From assembly GCA_010356995.1 (NCBI GenBank), contig ML996693.1:1-64000 (forward strand): DNA of 64,000 bases, in the 5' to 3' direction. Positions 12,641 through 25,624 of the stretch are shown here, piece after piece. The position numbers were made by a program, and so were the translations under genes. Positions within the stretch are counted from its first letter, which is position 1. Each line of letters begins with the position of its first letter. A model generated the notes under the pieces. It was not told the DNA's origin. It made no database searches and saw only the letters and a list, made by a program, of their open reading frames with translations. Source of the stretch: Trichodelitschia bisporula (Eukaryota).

Positions 12641-12800
12641 GATTGACTGGGGGGGAGGATGGTGTTGCGGGCAGTCGAAGGCGGACCGAAAATTCGCACG
12701 GCGTGCTGAAGCCCGGAGTGGCATGACTAAGCGACATACGGGCGCTGATTGGTGGGGGCTATCACCACCAGCTGGTGCATTTCAACTTTTGGGGCCAACG

Positions 12801-14289
12801 ATGCTCTCCCGTACGCTGCTCCAGCGGCGATTACAAACACGATGCCTCCACGTACGTGAAGCCCTTGTGTACGACTGTAAAGTTACTGAATCTCCAGGTT
12901 GATAGTAGAGACCGGCTGTCGTGCTTTTGGACGCCGACTGAAAGCCTCAACAAAGATGATATCAAAATCGGTAAGTCGCCCATCGCTCTCATGGTGTGTC
13001 TAATGCCTTAGAAAATCGGCACAATTACTTGGTCAAAGGCGGATTCATCAGACAGGTTAGTCACCGTATTGTATACGCTCATTGCTAATACCACAGACTC
13101 ATGCCGGTATCTTTCACCTCCTGCCCCTCGGGCTGCGCGTGCAGCAGAAGATTGAAGCTCTGCTCGACAAGCACATGCGCTCCATAGGCGCCGCAAAGCT
13201 GTCCATGTCGTCTATCACGTCTCAGGAGCTGTGGAAGCGAAGCCAGCGCCTCCCCGAGGACTTTGATAAGAATCCCAACGAAGTACGATGTACCTCATCT
13301 CGGCCTTGTACCAGCTCACACCGCAGTTCTTCACGGTTGATGGCCGCCGAATGTCAGACTTCCTTCTCGCCCCTACGCATGAGGAGGAAATCACCACGCT
13401 CGTGACTGGACTCGCCAAATCGTACCGCGACCTGCCTCTCCGTCTCTACCAGGTATCCCGTAAGTATCGCAACGAGCTCCGCCCGCGCAAGGGCCTGCTG
13501 CGCGCCAAAGAGTTCGTCATGAAGGACCTCTACACCTTCGACGCCACAGCCGAGGCCGCGATGGAGACGTATTCCGAGGTGCGCGCAGCCTACGACGCTT
13601 TCTTCACCGAGCTCGGGTTACCGTTCGCCTCCGCGCAGGCGTCGTCCGGCGACATGGGCGGCAAGCTGAGCCATGAGTACCATTTCACCTCACCCCTCGG
13701 CGAAGATGTCGTACTTTCCTGTGGCTGCGGGTACTCGGCGAACCAAGAAATTGGACCGACGGATGCCTGCCCGGATTGCGGCTCGCCTCTCAGGTCGACG
13801 CATGCCATCGAGGTGGGCCACACTTTCTACCTCGGCACACGCTACAGTGAGCCGCTCGAGGCACAGGTATCGGCACCTAACGGCCTTCCCGTCCTCATGC
13901 ATATGGGCTGCTATGGTATCGGGGTGTCTCGCCTCATAGCCGCCATCGCTGTCATGACAGCAGACAACAAAGGGTTGCGTTGGCCGCGGAGTATCGCGCC
14001 CTTCAGCGCTGTCATCATTCCATTCGATGGCGTTACGCCGGAGGGGGTGCACAAGGCGTACGACGATGTGCAGACTGTGTGCGATGCTGTCATCGATGAT
14101 CGGGACAAGCCGTTTGCGTGGAAACTCAAGGACGCTGATCTCATCGGGTATCCGTTTATCATCGTGCTCGGCCGTCGGTGGATGGCGGCGGGTGAGTACG
14201 AGGTGCAGTGCCGGTGGGATATCAGTCTCTCGCGCTACCGTACGTCCTTGGCTGAAGCTGTGTCAACCATGATTCGCCAGCTTCATTAG
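12801..14289 (+). CDS. AIM10: Mitochondrial prolyl-tRNA synthetase, multi-exon
   Basis: Arg/Leu-rich presequence MLSRTLLQRR. Class II motifs LAPTHEEEIT, KYRNELRPRKGLLRAKEFVMKDLYTFD, IEVGHTFYLGTRYS, MGCYGIGVSRL, and anticodon-binding domain DADLIGYP. Confidence 0.93.
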
Positions 14290-14316
14290 TGTAAATACAT
14301 AGATAACTCCAGTGTC

Positions 14317-15729
14317 CTAGTTCTTGTCCCGCACCGCTCGCCGCGGTTTCCGACGCCCCTCTTCCTCAGGCTGCTCTTCCTCTTCCTGACCCTTCTTGAG
14401 GGGTGCGTCCAGACCCCACTCTTCCATGTCGTACCAGTCCTCGCCGTCGCTCATCTCGCCAACGTGTCCCTCCGCCTTGCACCACTTGATCACGTCCTGT
14501 CGCATCTGTAGCGCGCGCAGCAGCCCCATATGGATATCCGAGCATGCGCGGACAATCTCCTCTTGCTTGCTGATGTACGTCATCAGCGACATGCGCGTTT
14601 CGTCGGCGATATTGGACGGCAGCCCGAAGTTCGCGTCTGGTATCACGGTCGGCGGCGGGAGGAAAAAGGGATGTATTGGCGGAGGCGATGCGGAGCGGAT
14701 GGATGAGGTTCGTGACGCGTGCTGCGCCTGCGCCCGTGTCGTCATGCGACGCGCGGGACCGTCGGCGTCGGCGTCACCTTCCTCAGGAGCGTCCGTCATT
14801 GTAGCATCAGGTGCGCCATTTGTGTCGGCCGCTGTCGCAGCCTCCGTGGCAGCATTCGTGTCGTCTGTCGCTATGGCAGTCTCTGTGCTTTCTGCCACTG
14901 GAGAAACCTCCGTTTCCCCGGCCGCAGCCTCCAGTGAGGCCTCCCCGTTTGTCTTCTCCTCAGCTGCTTTGCCATTTTTTGTGACCCCAGCCGCCATATC
15001 TTGCTCGACCGCAACAGCGCGTTGATGGTGGCTCAATAGCCAGTCGTCGTACTCGGTGTGGAACTCGCCGACTGGCGCCCATACGGTATCCCCACGAAAC
15101 TGTGTGAAGAGCCGCTTCAACGCCCACAGAATCTGTTGCTCATGGTGCAATGTCTCCTCGGCGCTTTTGACCATGCTCGGTAGCGCCTTGTCGCGGTACG
15201 GGAGGGAGAGGGTAGGATGGTCAGGGAGGTCAGACGCAGCCGTAAGAGGGGCCAGTAGCTCTGTGACTATCAGCACCGCGAACTATACCAATCAGGTAAC
15301 CCGTACCTTCAAGCTTGATGTCTTTGTAGATGTTTTCCTCCAGTGGCGACGCGTCTTCATCCTCCATGTCTTCGTCGTCGGGAATGACATCGCCGTCGGC
15401 ATCGCACATCGGCGGGTTGCGAAAGATAATGTCCCGCTGGTATCCGGCGAGCTCAACCCTCTACGCGTGTCAGCCTGCGCTGCCAAACATAAGTGTCATA
15501 CCTCTTTGTAGAGCGCCGAGTTGTTTAACTGTCCTAGCTGCACGTATTGCGCATTGCGCTTCAGCTTGTTGCCGCGGTTGGTGGTGGGCGCCGCCGGGTC
15601 GTCGTATATATATGCTGCCGCAATGAGCTTCGGAAGAGAGAACTGCACGAGCTTACGGTCTTCTCGCTGCGCCCGCTTCCGTTTGAGCTTCTCGACAAAG
15701 TCGGCGATGATGACCTGTTGTGAGGCCAT
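14317..15729 (-). CDS. RXT2: Rxt2-like subunit of the Rpd3L histone deacetylase complex
   Basis: TNRGNKLKR N-terminal motif, LLAPLTAASDLPDHP, and C-terminal KAEGHVGEMSDGEDWYD. Two short introns. Confidence 0.85.
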
Positions 15730-16133
15730 GCTACCGACGCGGCGCGGGGGCTCTGAGAGTAAAGAGACGTGATCCGGAAATGTCGAGACGAAAATAGAGT
15801 TGAGCTAACCGTGAACCAAGTTTAACTCAGCTGGCAGAGCGGCGGAGGAGAGACGAGAGTGGAGGGGAGAGAATGGAGGAGAGAGAAGAGCGCCGCTTTC
15901 GCGCCAAAAGTCACAACGTCAGGGCCATGTGCGAGGACCTTGGCGCCGCGGGGACCTTGACGTTTACGCCTTGCAGTCGCGGATACAACACAACGTCCGG
16001 AATCCCGTCAACAGAGCATCAACTCTTCATTCCCGTCATTCTAGGTCTCTTTAACTCTCTTCTCGTGTCTATCGCCTCTGCCCCCCCCCCCCAACATCGC
16101 TCCATGGCCGCAATCGGCGTATCCTAACCCACG

Positions 16134-19100
16134 ATGGACGCCTACCCCCTCGACTACGTCTCCCACAACCTCCCGCTCGTCGTCCTCTCCGGCTTGCGTC
16201 CCACGCCAGATACGGAAACACCTGCTGGACATGGCACCACCATAAACTCCGAGCTCCCGCTCGTCGAAGGCGAGCGCGCCGAGCAGCTGCTTAGCGAGTT
16301 CTCCCGCGCCGAGGGCACCGACCGGCCGCGGGCAGGCGCCAGCAAGCTGATGGGCTTCAAGTTCAAAGTCGTGGGGAGGGTAGGTCAGCTTTTCCACTGC
16401 CGAGCAGACCTGAACTCATCAAGCATAGCAATACTCACTCCCTCCACGCAAGGCACAGCCGCCGCAAGACTCGCCGTCTCTCCGCCCTTTAGACGAGCCC
16501 CGCAGTCCCGTGTGGGCGCTCCATTCCCCCATATCACCACTCTCCCCGGGCTCCCCAATCTATCCCGATGGCGTTATGCTGCCGGTGTGGGTGGCTAAGC
16601 ACCAGCATCAAGTGCCGGCCACCTTTGTTGCATTTTTCGACTTCGCTTCCGACACTGCGCGCAACAGCCTGCACGACAACCAGCTCAAGACTGATATAAA
16701 CGCCATCAAGGCCGCCCTCTACCGATCTGGATACAAGTCGCGTCTGGTGGTCGTCCTACTCAGCGACACCACCATTCTGAGCGCACCAGACATCGAGGAC
16801 CGCCTTGCCACGATCAGGCGAGCAACCGGGCTCGACTCCAAGACCGGCCTCTTTTTCCTCCCGCCAAACATCTCCCGGGTCGAGGTGGCGTCGTTTGTCG
16901 ATTCGCTGCTGCTTGCACTGCAGCCCGGGTGTGTCGAGTACTACCGCGATCTCACCAAACACGCCCGTCGCAAAAAGAACCGTGGCAGCATCCCGCCACC
17001 GACGGCGCCACCCACAAGAGGCACGTCCCAAACGTTAGCGGCACTCGGCTGGGGGGTGCGCTACGACTTCAAGCTTGGCGTCTTTGCCGAGTTCCGGCAG
17101 GAGATGGAGGCGGCGTGCCGGCATTACACGTTGGCACTCGAATTACTACTCGGTCCGGACGGCATTTTCGAGACGACAGCCAGCTGGTCGCCACGGTGGG
17201 ATGAGGCCCGCTTACTTGCTGACGCCGTGGCCATCCGCATCATCCGCTGTCTTTTGTGGAGCCAGCTCACGTCTTCTGCCGCGCAGTCATGGCTTAATTA
17301 CCGCGACCGCCTGCGTGAGCTTGTCGACCGACGCGGCAAGGGCTCGTCAAACTACGGCTGGGAGGCATGGGAGTCGCGCTGGGCAAAGATCATGGCTCAG
17401 CTGATCCAGCGGGCGAACATGGCGACACTGTCTGACTCTGACGCCGTGTTTGCACCTGCCGAGAAGGGGCTTCCCATCGGCGAGCGCCTGACGCCGTGGT
17501 ACCTTCTTCATCACGCTGGCTACTGGCAGCGTATGGCTGCGAAGCACGCCATGGCCCGCCGCAGCCAGGCATTGTCGCTTGCCGAGGAGGACCGCACGCC
17601 GCCTGGCAAGTCACCGGCGTCCGCCGTCGCGCGGCGATACGGGACCGACACCTTCTTGTGTCCCGAGCCGCACGCCGAGTACCCGTTGTCCGGTCCGGGC
17701 TTCAACCACTCGCTCGACATCCTCGAGAAGCTTAGCGACGCACTGACTACGTTCAAAGAAAAGCGACAGAACCGCATGGCGGACTTTGTGCGACTGGACG
17801 TCTGCCGCGAACACTTTCGCGCGAACCAGCCAGACCTAGCGCTGGCGGAGCTCAAAAAGCTTTGGAGGGAGATGGCGTGGCGAAAGGAGCGCTGGTGGCG
17901 TCTGGTATTCGAAGTCTGCCGGGCGCTCCATGAGTGCGCGCGCCTGACAGGCGACGTAGAGGGCTTAGTCGTCAGTCAGTACGAGCTGCTTGCGCTGCCA
18001 TTTGCGACAAATCATGCGATCGACTTGATGGCAGCGGGCGCTGGTGGAGAGGGTTCTGGTGAGGCGGTGGAGATTGACCTATCGTCGGAGAACGTAGCCT
18101 CTTTCTGTACGTATCTGGATGAATTGGTCTAAGTGGCCAGTTGAGCTTGCACTGACGGTGGCAGTATCCGGGACTTTTGTCTTCTCCCAAGCTGAGGCGA
18201 ACGTCGGTGAGCCGCTCAGGGCCCAGCTGACCTTGCGGTCGAATGCCCAGTCACCACACAAGCCCGTCATCCTCTCGTCGGTTGCCGTCCAGTTTGCGGG
18301 AAGCATTACCGATGTCAAAATTCTCCACCAAGCGGCATCCGAAGCAACCGAGGCGAAACCCATCCGACAACTCACCTTGCGCGAGGAAGATCGGTCAACC
18401 CTTGTTGGGGAGACTGACCTCCAGCTGTCTCCCGGGGGGTGCATTGTCATCGAATTCCCACTCACCCTCAGAGAAGCTGGCAACGTCCTTACTGAGAGCA
18501 TTCATCTTAACATTGAGACTGAAGCTTTTGCATCGCGTTATTCCGCGTCTCTTGATGCCCCCGCCCTGTGGTGGATGGCCGGGCCGAACCGGCTTGTGAG
18601 CCGCCGCATCCACCGCGATGAACCCGCTGCTGTCAAAGTCCTTCCCCGACCGCCCAAGATGAATGTCGCCACACCAGATGCCAGCCAAAACTACTACACG
18701 GACGAGCTTATTTCGTTGGACATCCTCGTCACCAATTCGGAGGACGAGGAAACGGAAGGCACGCTGGAAGTCCGCATCTTGTCCCGCGAAGCGACAGCCC
18801 CTGCCTTTGTGTGGGTGGATGCCGACGCCAGTGACGACGTTGAGCCCGACGCTCATGGCGATAACAGCGATTCCGACTCCGATGATACTGCAGATCTTCC
18901 CGGCCATCCAATTGGGCGGCTCGCTCCTGGCACCCAGAAGACGAAGACCATTCGCTTCTCTGCGCCGCCGGACCCGACAGACCTTGTTCTCGAGGTCAAG
19001 GTGCTCTACCACCTCTTGAGCGACCGTCAGACCCCGGTCTCGAAGACGCACGCGGCCGACATAAACATCGTGCGCGCGTTTGAGGCCAACTACGAATTCA

Positions 19101-19864
19101 AGCCTCTCTTCCATCCCGAAGCGTGGCCATCCTTCTTCACGCCGCCCGCCTCAGATTCCAAGCCCGCCGGCATCAGCCACCGGTGGCGCCTCATCAGCCG
19201 GCTCACGTCATTTGCCGAACAGGCCCTCACCGTCGATGACGTCGACCTTGTACTGCAAACCGCCAGCGGCGGTGCCGAGTGCGTGACGACAAAGGATCCA
19301 AAGCCACCGGCGGAGCTGCAGCCTAGCGAGCAGCACGAACGCAACTTCACGCTTGACCTCACCAAGGCCAGCCTCGACGACCGCCGTGCCACGGCGCTTG
19401 ACCTGTCGCTGGCGATAACCTGGCGCCGGCCCGGTTGTGATGTAGTCGTCAGCTCGCTTCCCATTCCGCCCATCAATGCCTCCAACAACGAGCCCCGCGT
19501 CCTCGCCACTGCCCGCCGCGCGCACTCTCCCGCCGAGTCGACCCCGTCGCGCGAGCTGATCCACCTCGACTACACGCTGGAGAACCCGACGATGCACTTC
19601 CTCACCTTTGAGCTGACGATGGAGGCGAACGACGACTTCGCCTTCAGCGGCGCCAAGGTTCGCGTCTGTAACATACTACCGCTCTCGCGGGAGACGGTGT
19701 GCTACCAGATCTTGCCGCTAGTTAATGGGGCATGGATCGAGCCGAAACTGCGCGTCACGGATCGGTATTTTGGCAAGGTCCTGCGGGTCCAGGGCGCCGA
19801 CGGCGTACGGAGTGATGGGAAGGGGATCAGTGTGTGGGTAGACGTTGATGATGAAGATAGTTAG
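16134..19864 (+). CDS. TRAPPC11: TRAPP complex subunit TRAPPC11 (foie gras + gryzun domains)
   Basis: MDAYPLDYVSHNLPLVVLSGL, LHSPISPLSPGSPIYPDG, YYRDLTKHARRKK, RYDFKLGVFAEFRQE, and C-terminal ENPTMHFLTF..FAFSG. Introns near 16381-16428 and 18108-18160. Confidence 0.9.
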
Positions 19865-20109
19865 CGTGATGCGATTACCTACATTCCCCGCAGCAGCGCG
19901 GTTCGCGCCGCAGAGAACAAGCTCATATTGATCGCTAAGTTTCATGGTCCACCCCGGCTTGCGTCCCGGTCTTCGCAGCGATCCGCCTCTTATCAGGGCA
20001 ATATGCGAACGGAGCGAGAACGAACTAGTGTCATGCATTCCGTAGAGTCCGTGTTGCATAAAACTGCGGAGCATCGCAGTTGTGGGCAAGTTCTACAGCA
20101 CCCACCGCA

Positions 20110-20998
20110 ATGCCTCACGATCTCCGCACCCATCTGGTTTACTTCAACGAGGAAGGCGACGCCTCGCCTCACAACCATGTTGGCCGTCCCGTCGAGGGTA
20201 CCGTGACGGATATTAGCGGCCGCGAAGCCGAATTCAAGCTCGACGAGCATGGCTTCTGTCTCGCCCGCCAAGTTACCAACGTCGACGACTTCCTCGACGA
20301 AGAGAACGTCAAGGCACACTACTATCCGGAGATTGAACAGCTGCTGAAAGAGGTGTAGGTTTTGCGACTGCAACCCTTTTTTCATCCTATCTAACCCTGC
20401 CTCCAAAGTACCGGTGCGAGCCGCGTCATCATCTTCAACCACATCACCCGGCTGAGCCAGACGCTTGACCACAAGAAGGCGCCGGACGACCAGCTACTCG
20501 CGCGGCCCGCCGTCAAGTGGGTGCACCTGGACCGCTTCAGCGCGCCAGATGCCGCGCGCGAACTGATCTTCAAGCATGCGCCGACAGCTGCGGAGGCGGA
20601 GAAGCTGGTGCAGAAGCGGTACCAGGTTTTGAACGTATGTCGTCGGTTTCGACTCCCGAGCTCGCTGACTCTCCTAGATATGGCGCCCGATCAAGACCAT
20701 CTTGCGCGACCCCTTCGGCATCGCGTCGGAGGTGCCGGATAGCGACCTTGTCATCATGCCGTACAGTACGCCGGAGGAGAAGGGGGTCAAGTATGGTGTG
20801 CGGGCTAGCCCGAATCACCACTGGTACTACAAGTACAAGCAGGAGCCGAATGAAGTGCTCATCTTCAAGGCGTTTGACACCAGCACGTCGGTCAAGGAGA
20901 CGCGCGTACCACACTCTGCGTTTACGGATCCGGACGAAGAGGATAAGGCACCGCGTGAGAGCATTGAGACCAGGGCACTGTTGTTCTACGATGAATAG
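20110..20998 (+). CDS. AsaB/CmcJ/NvfI-like oxidoreductase (GA4 desaturase-like family)
   Basis: GREAEFKLDEHGF, YYPEIEQLLKE, IFNHITR, VHLD, WRPI, HHWYY, VPHSAF, RESIETRALLF. Two introns. Confidence 0.85.
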
Positions 20999-21218
20999 GC
21001 CGGCTTGCGCCGCATTGCTTGGTGCTTGTAATCTATTCGTCCCCTTCCCTCCCCGCACCGTGCCGAGACCGAAAACGAGATGCCAAACTTCAAAGCGGAA
21101 GCTTGATTACCAAAGATCGATCTCGGTTCGGGCCGGGAAGTTGACTTCGTGAAGTATCAGTCCCATCAAGAGGGGTTGCAGGATTAAGATCGCCTACCCC
21201 GCTTCTCAATCATTCAAA

Positions 21219-22355
21219 ATGGAAGCCACGTCCGAAGTCCCTGACCCCACCCCTGTCACGCCCTCTGGCCTCACCTCCACCCAGCTCTGTTCCCGTCTCT
21301 CGTCCATCGTCGAACGAAGCAATGCGCCCGCCATTGCTGTTGCGATCCAGCACCCAAATGGAGTCGAGACCGCAATCCACGGCATCCGCAAACATGGCCA
21401 AGCGACCGCTGCTTCATCGGCCGACTCTTTCATGTTCGGCCCTATCACCAGCACTCTGGTTCCTATCGTTTTGAGCAAGCTCATTGCCCGCGGCAATATA
21501 CGCTGGACAGACACCCTGGCGGACCTTGCCCCCGATTTGGTCGATGAAATTCATCCCGCCCATGCAGCTACGACCGTTGAGATGCTCGCCACACACACAT
21601 CCGGACTGACTACCAAACTGCCTGAACTCAGACTCGACGGCTACCCTTTGCTCCCAACGCTCCTTCGTCCTCCAAAGGTCAACAGCCGCGGTACATTAGT
21701 TCTAGGTCGGGAAATGATCGCGGAGGCCGCTATGAAGATTCCACCGCGACGCACACCCGGGCCAGGGTCTGACTATCGGAATGCCGTCAACCTGATCATC
21801 CTCGCGTATATTGCCGAGATGGTGACTGGCGGAAGGTGGGACACGCTACTACAAACGGAGGTCTTTGATCCTTTGGGGATGCAAGGCTGTGGACTCGGCC
21901 AGCCTCCATACTGGAGCGATGGGAGCGCACTGTGGCCGCACCACCCACGGAGGGGGCTACTGGTTCCGTTCAAGGATGAAGATTTTCCGGATGAGTGGCT
22001 CTCCTGCATGCCGACATTTCCCGCCCTCGGGGTGCATGGCACGCTGCAAGACCTAGCTGCCTACCTGGGCTTCTGTCTGGGGTACAAGTCTCTGGGTTTC
22101 AGTGATGATGAGCGAAAAAGGCTGTATACGCTCAACGGTGGTACGTACGTGCCGGGGGGCTTTGACGTGGTCCATCCGGCTTGGACAGAAGGGCCGGTTT
22201 TGCAGTGCAAAGGGCATGTGTCTGGCTTTTCCACTGGCATCTGGGTTGCGGCAGAGGCTGGCTTTGCTTTTGCCATCGTTGTCAATGTTGATTATGCGAG
22301 TGGAGCTGCAGTTCGGGACGAGGTGTATGAGTTACTCACCAGCCGCAGTGAGTAA
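21219..22355 (+). CDS. Beta-lactamase/serine-hydrolase fold protein with degenerate catalytic motif
   Basis: HGIRK..F.FGPITST (SxxK position), TVEMLATHTSGL, PG..DYRN, EVFDPLGM, KGHVSGF. Intronless 378 aa. Confidence 0.8.
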   Translation: MEATSEVPDPTPVTPSGLTSTQLCSRLSSIVERSNAPAIAVAIQHPNGVETAIHGIRKHGQATAASSADSFMFGPITSTLVPIVLSKLIARGNIRWTDTLADLAPDLVDEIHPAHAATTVEMLATHTSGLTTKLPELRLDGYPLLPTLLRPPKVNSRGTLVLGREMIAEAAMKIPPRRTPGPGSDYRNAVNLIILAYIAEMVTGGRWDTLLQTEVFDPLGMQGCGLGQPPYWSDGSALWPHHPRRGLLVPFKDEDFPDEWLSCMPTFPALGVHGTLQDLAAYLGFCLGYKSLGFSDDERKRLYTLNGGTYVPGGFDVVHPAWTEGPVLQCKGHVSGFSTGIWVAAEAGFAFAIVVNVDYASGAAVRDEVYELLTSRSE

Positions 22356-22773
22356 ACGTGCAGTAAGATTCATATTCATCGTCAGCCTCGCGACAAAAAA
22401 GAGTCACCCGCATATTGATTATCTTACGACCGCACAAAGAAAAATGGCGAACCTGCTCAAGGCTATTATCTTCATCCATTCTTATTACACCGAAGCTCAG
22501 CCCTCAGAAGCATTTCGTCTGACATCGAGACTCATGTGTCGCGTTGTACAAAAAGATGATCTGTCGTTCGTTGTCGCACGTTGCTGGGGGAACTGTCCCG
22601 TGATGATGTGACGCCAAGAGCTTCATCAGCGACAGCGGGCAACGCCAGATCAACTTCGAGACACAACACCTCGGCGACTTAACCCAGCCTTTACTGTCCA
22701 CCTACAAAGCCATTTGCCGCAGGATAAAAGCACCTACTCACCGCCTCCCCAGCCTGTATCGCAGCCTACCGCC

Positions 22774-23240
22774 ATGGAACAACTCCACGGTGCGCAAATC
22801 TACCCCACCCTGCAAGCATCGCGTGCCTAACTTCTGCAGACTACTACCAGCACCTCTACTCCGCCCTACCGCCCTCCACCGCGAGCACCTTCCTCCACAC
22901 CACGCTGAAAATGCGGAGCTACTTCCTTTCCGCGCTCGACACACTCGCCAACACATCCCCTTCGCTTACAACCGTCGCGCTACTCCTCATCATCCTCTTC
23001 CTTTCGCTCAAGCTGCTGGACATGCTGTATCGGGCCGTAATGTTTTGGGTGCGTTTGGCGCTGCGAGTTCTGTTCTGGGGTACGATTATTGGCGTCGGGT
23101 TGTGGCTGTGGACGCGGGGCGCGGATGGCGTGGGTGATGATCTCAGTGAGGTGCAGCGGGTTTGGGGTGTCGAGTATGATCGCGCCCGCGAGGTTTGGGA
23201 TGGGGAGGGCGGGGATATAGTTCGGGGGTGGTTCGGGTAG
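22774..23240 (+). CDS. Apq12-like small membrane protein (nuclear pore biogenesis)
   Basis: Exon 1 MEQLH, intron ~22790-22839, then LLLIILFLSLKLLDMLYRAVMFWVRL..GLWLWTRG, a two-TM pattern I associate with filamentous-fungal Apq12-domain proteins. Confidence 0.7.
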
Positions 23241-23981
23241 GGCGGTTTCGGGACGGCAATTCGGGTCTGAAGGTTTGCTATGTGCGGTTGAGCGTTGGAC
23301 ACTTGGGAGACATGGCGTTGAGGATTTTAGACGGCGAATGGGCACCACATGCTATGAGGGACGTGCGCAGTCCTTTTCGATGGCATTGAGGTTCGCAATA
23401 TATGTTTGGATTTGTTTGCGAGTCTGGCGTTTCATGCCCTCCTCACGGGACTAAAGCATGGCAAGTCCCGGCATCCAAAAACGCCTAATTTGACGTCAGG
23501 CTGATGGTCCATCTGAATGGGGTTTCTATGAAAAGACGGCAGACACGCCGGCATGCAACTCGGGGAGTGCCCTCCTCGAGTTAGGCCCTCTCGCGGTCCC
23601 GGATTCAAACCCTACCGTCTGCAGAACAGGCCCTACCGAACGTGCCGGCCGCACGCTCAATCTACTCTGTAACCCTCAACCTCCCCGCATCCTCGGCATC
23701 GCACCCAATGACACTTTCCCCGCCCTGGCCTGCCGCGCCGCATATACAGACGCCAAGACGCTCGTCCCCAGCTTCGGGCCTTGTGGTACTCGACACATGG
23801 CCTCGCGGACAGAAACCCGGGGTGCACCCCAGGGTTCGTAATACCGCGCACAAGTCCCGAGCACGGGAGTGGGGATAGTGCACTTTGCGAAAATGGGGTT
23901 TTTGTGTGAGTGGTTCGCCGTACTGACGGCTTAAGGTTTGACTTTTCTCCCTGGTTGCTGTGACTGAGGACTCGTTAGGCT

Positions 23982-25624
23982 ATGGCGACGGAGATGGAGA
24001 AATCGAGTGTCGAGCATTTTACCGCCGATGAGGTCAAGTTTGATGATGGTCCGACGTGGACGGAGGAGGAGGAGCGGGTGGTGCGCCGAAAGCTGGATTG
24101 GCACGTCGTCCCGCTAGTGACGCTGCTGTACCTGCTCTGCTTCGTGGGTCTCTCCCTCTGCGGTAGCAAAGGCTAACAGCGCAGATTGACCGCTCGAACA
24201 TCGGCAATGCTCGCATCCAGGGCATGTCCAAAGACCTCGCCTTGGGCGGCTACAAGTTCAACTGGGCGCTGACGGTATTCTACTTCACGTACATCGCCAT
24301 CGAAGTTCCGTCGAACGTGCTCCTCAAGTCAATCGGGCCGCGGTACTACATCCCCGCCCTGGTTGCGGCCTTCGGGGTCGTGTCCGTCGGCACCGCCTTC
24401 GTCAAGGCCTTCCCGGGGCTGATGGTTGCGCGCGCCGTGCTCGGCCTCGTTGAAGGCGGGACCATGCCGGGGATAAGCTTCTTCCTCAGCACGTTCTACA
24501 AGCGCGAAGAGCTGCTCTTTCGCATTGGGATGTTCGTGTCCGCGTCATCTATGGCAGGCGCATTCGGCGGTCTGCTCGCAACGGGACTGAGTAAGATTCC
24601 GCGGTTTGGTGCTCACGGCGCGGAGCTGTGGATGTGGCGCAATATCTTCTTCTTTGAGGGCCTTTTCACCATCATCGTCGGGCTGGTGGCACCGATTTTT
24701 ATGGCGTCCGGTCCGGGGAGTTGTAAGTTCTTGACAGAGCGCCAGCGCTGGATTGCTACGGAGCGGCTACAGCGCGAGCATGCGGCGGACCCGAACGAGC
24801 GGGTTACGGCGCGGCATGTGAAGGTGGCTGTGTTCAACATTCACAACACGATTTGTGCGCTTGGGTTCCTGTTCGTCAATGTATCGGTGCAGAGCATTTC
24901 GCTGTTCATGGTGCGTCGCTCCGCCTTTTCTACGGAAATGTTCTGACGGAATAGCCTACCATCCTCGCCGATCTGGGCTACAGGCCGATCCCAGCGCAGC
25001 TGCACTCTGTACCACCCTACGTCGTCGCTTGTCTGATTTCGATAGCGGTCGCTTGGGTGAGCGATCGCACACGCCGCCGCGGCGTGTATCTCGGCGCCTT
25101 CGCGTGTCTGAGCGTCATGGGGTTCGCCATTCTGCGCTCGCCCGTACACAGCAACATCAAGTACATGGCTGTATTTTTCGTCGCCGCGGGTGCGTTTCCA
25201 GGTGGGCCAGGGTTCTTGAGCTGGGGACTGAACAGTATGTCCCCTGAGGTGCGGCAAGAACGATACTGACCTGCAGATGCCGGGGGCCCTGCTGTCCGTG
25301 CAGTTACGGGCGCCTATATCGTCTCGGTGGGGACAATTGGTTCAGTTCTCGCGACGTGCGTTCTTCCCTGCTTCCTCCGCACCCGCTAACCCGCGTAGCT
25401 GGACGTACATCGACAAAGACAAACCGCTGTACCCCAAGGGCCACGCCATCAATTTGGGCGCGCAGGTCATTGTCGTAGTGCTTTCCATCTGCGGGGTGCT
25501 TTACTGCCGGTGGGAGAACAACGTGCGGGCATCAGGGAAGCGTGACGGGCGGCTAGCCGGGTTGTCGGTAGAGCAAGTGGTGCAGCTGGGGCATCATAAT
25601 CCGGAATTCAGGTTCATTGAGTAG
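23982..25624 (+). CDS. MFS transporter, anion:cation symporter (Dal5/Tna1-like) family
   Basis: RKLDWHVVP, IDRSNIGNARI, EVPSN, FYKREEL..R, AGAFGGLLA, WRNIFFFEG, VPPY, SDRTRRRG. Four introns. Confidence 0.93.

Noticed and set aside
23570..23640. GGATTCAAACC resembling a tRNA T-loop/B-box
   Set aside because: No cloverleaf stems or A-box could be built around it.
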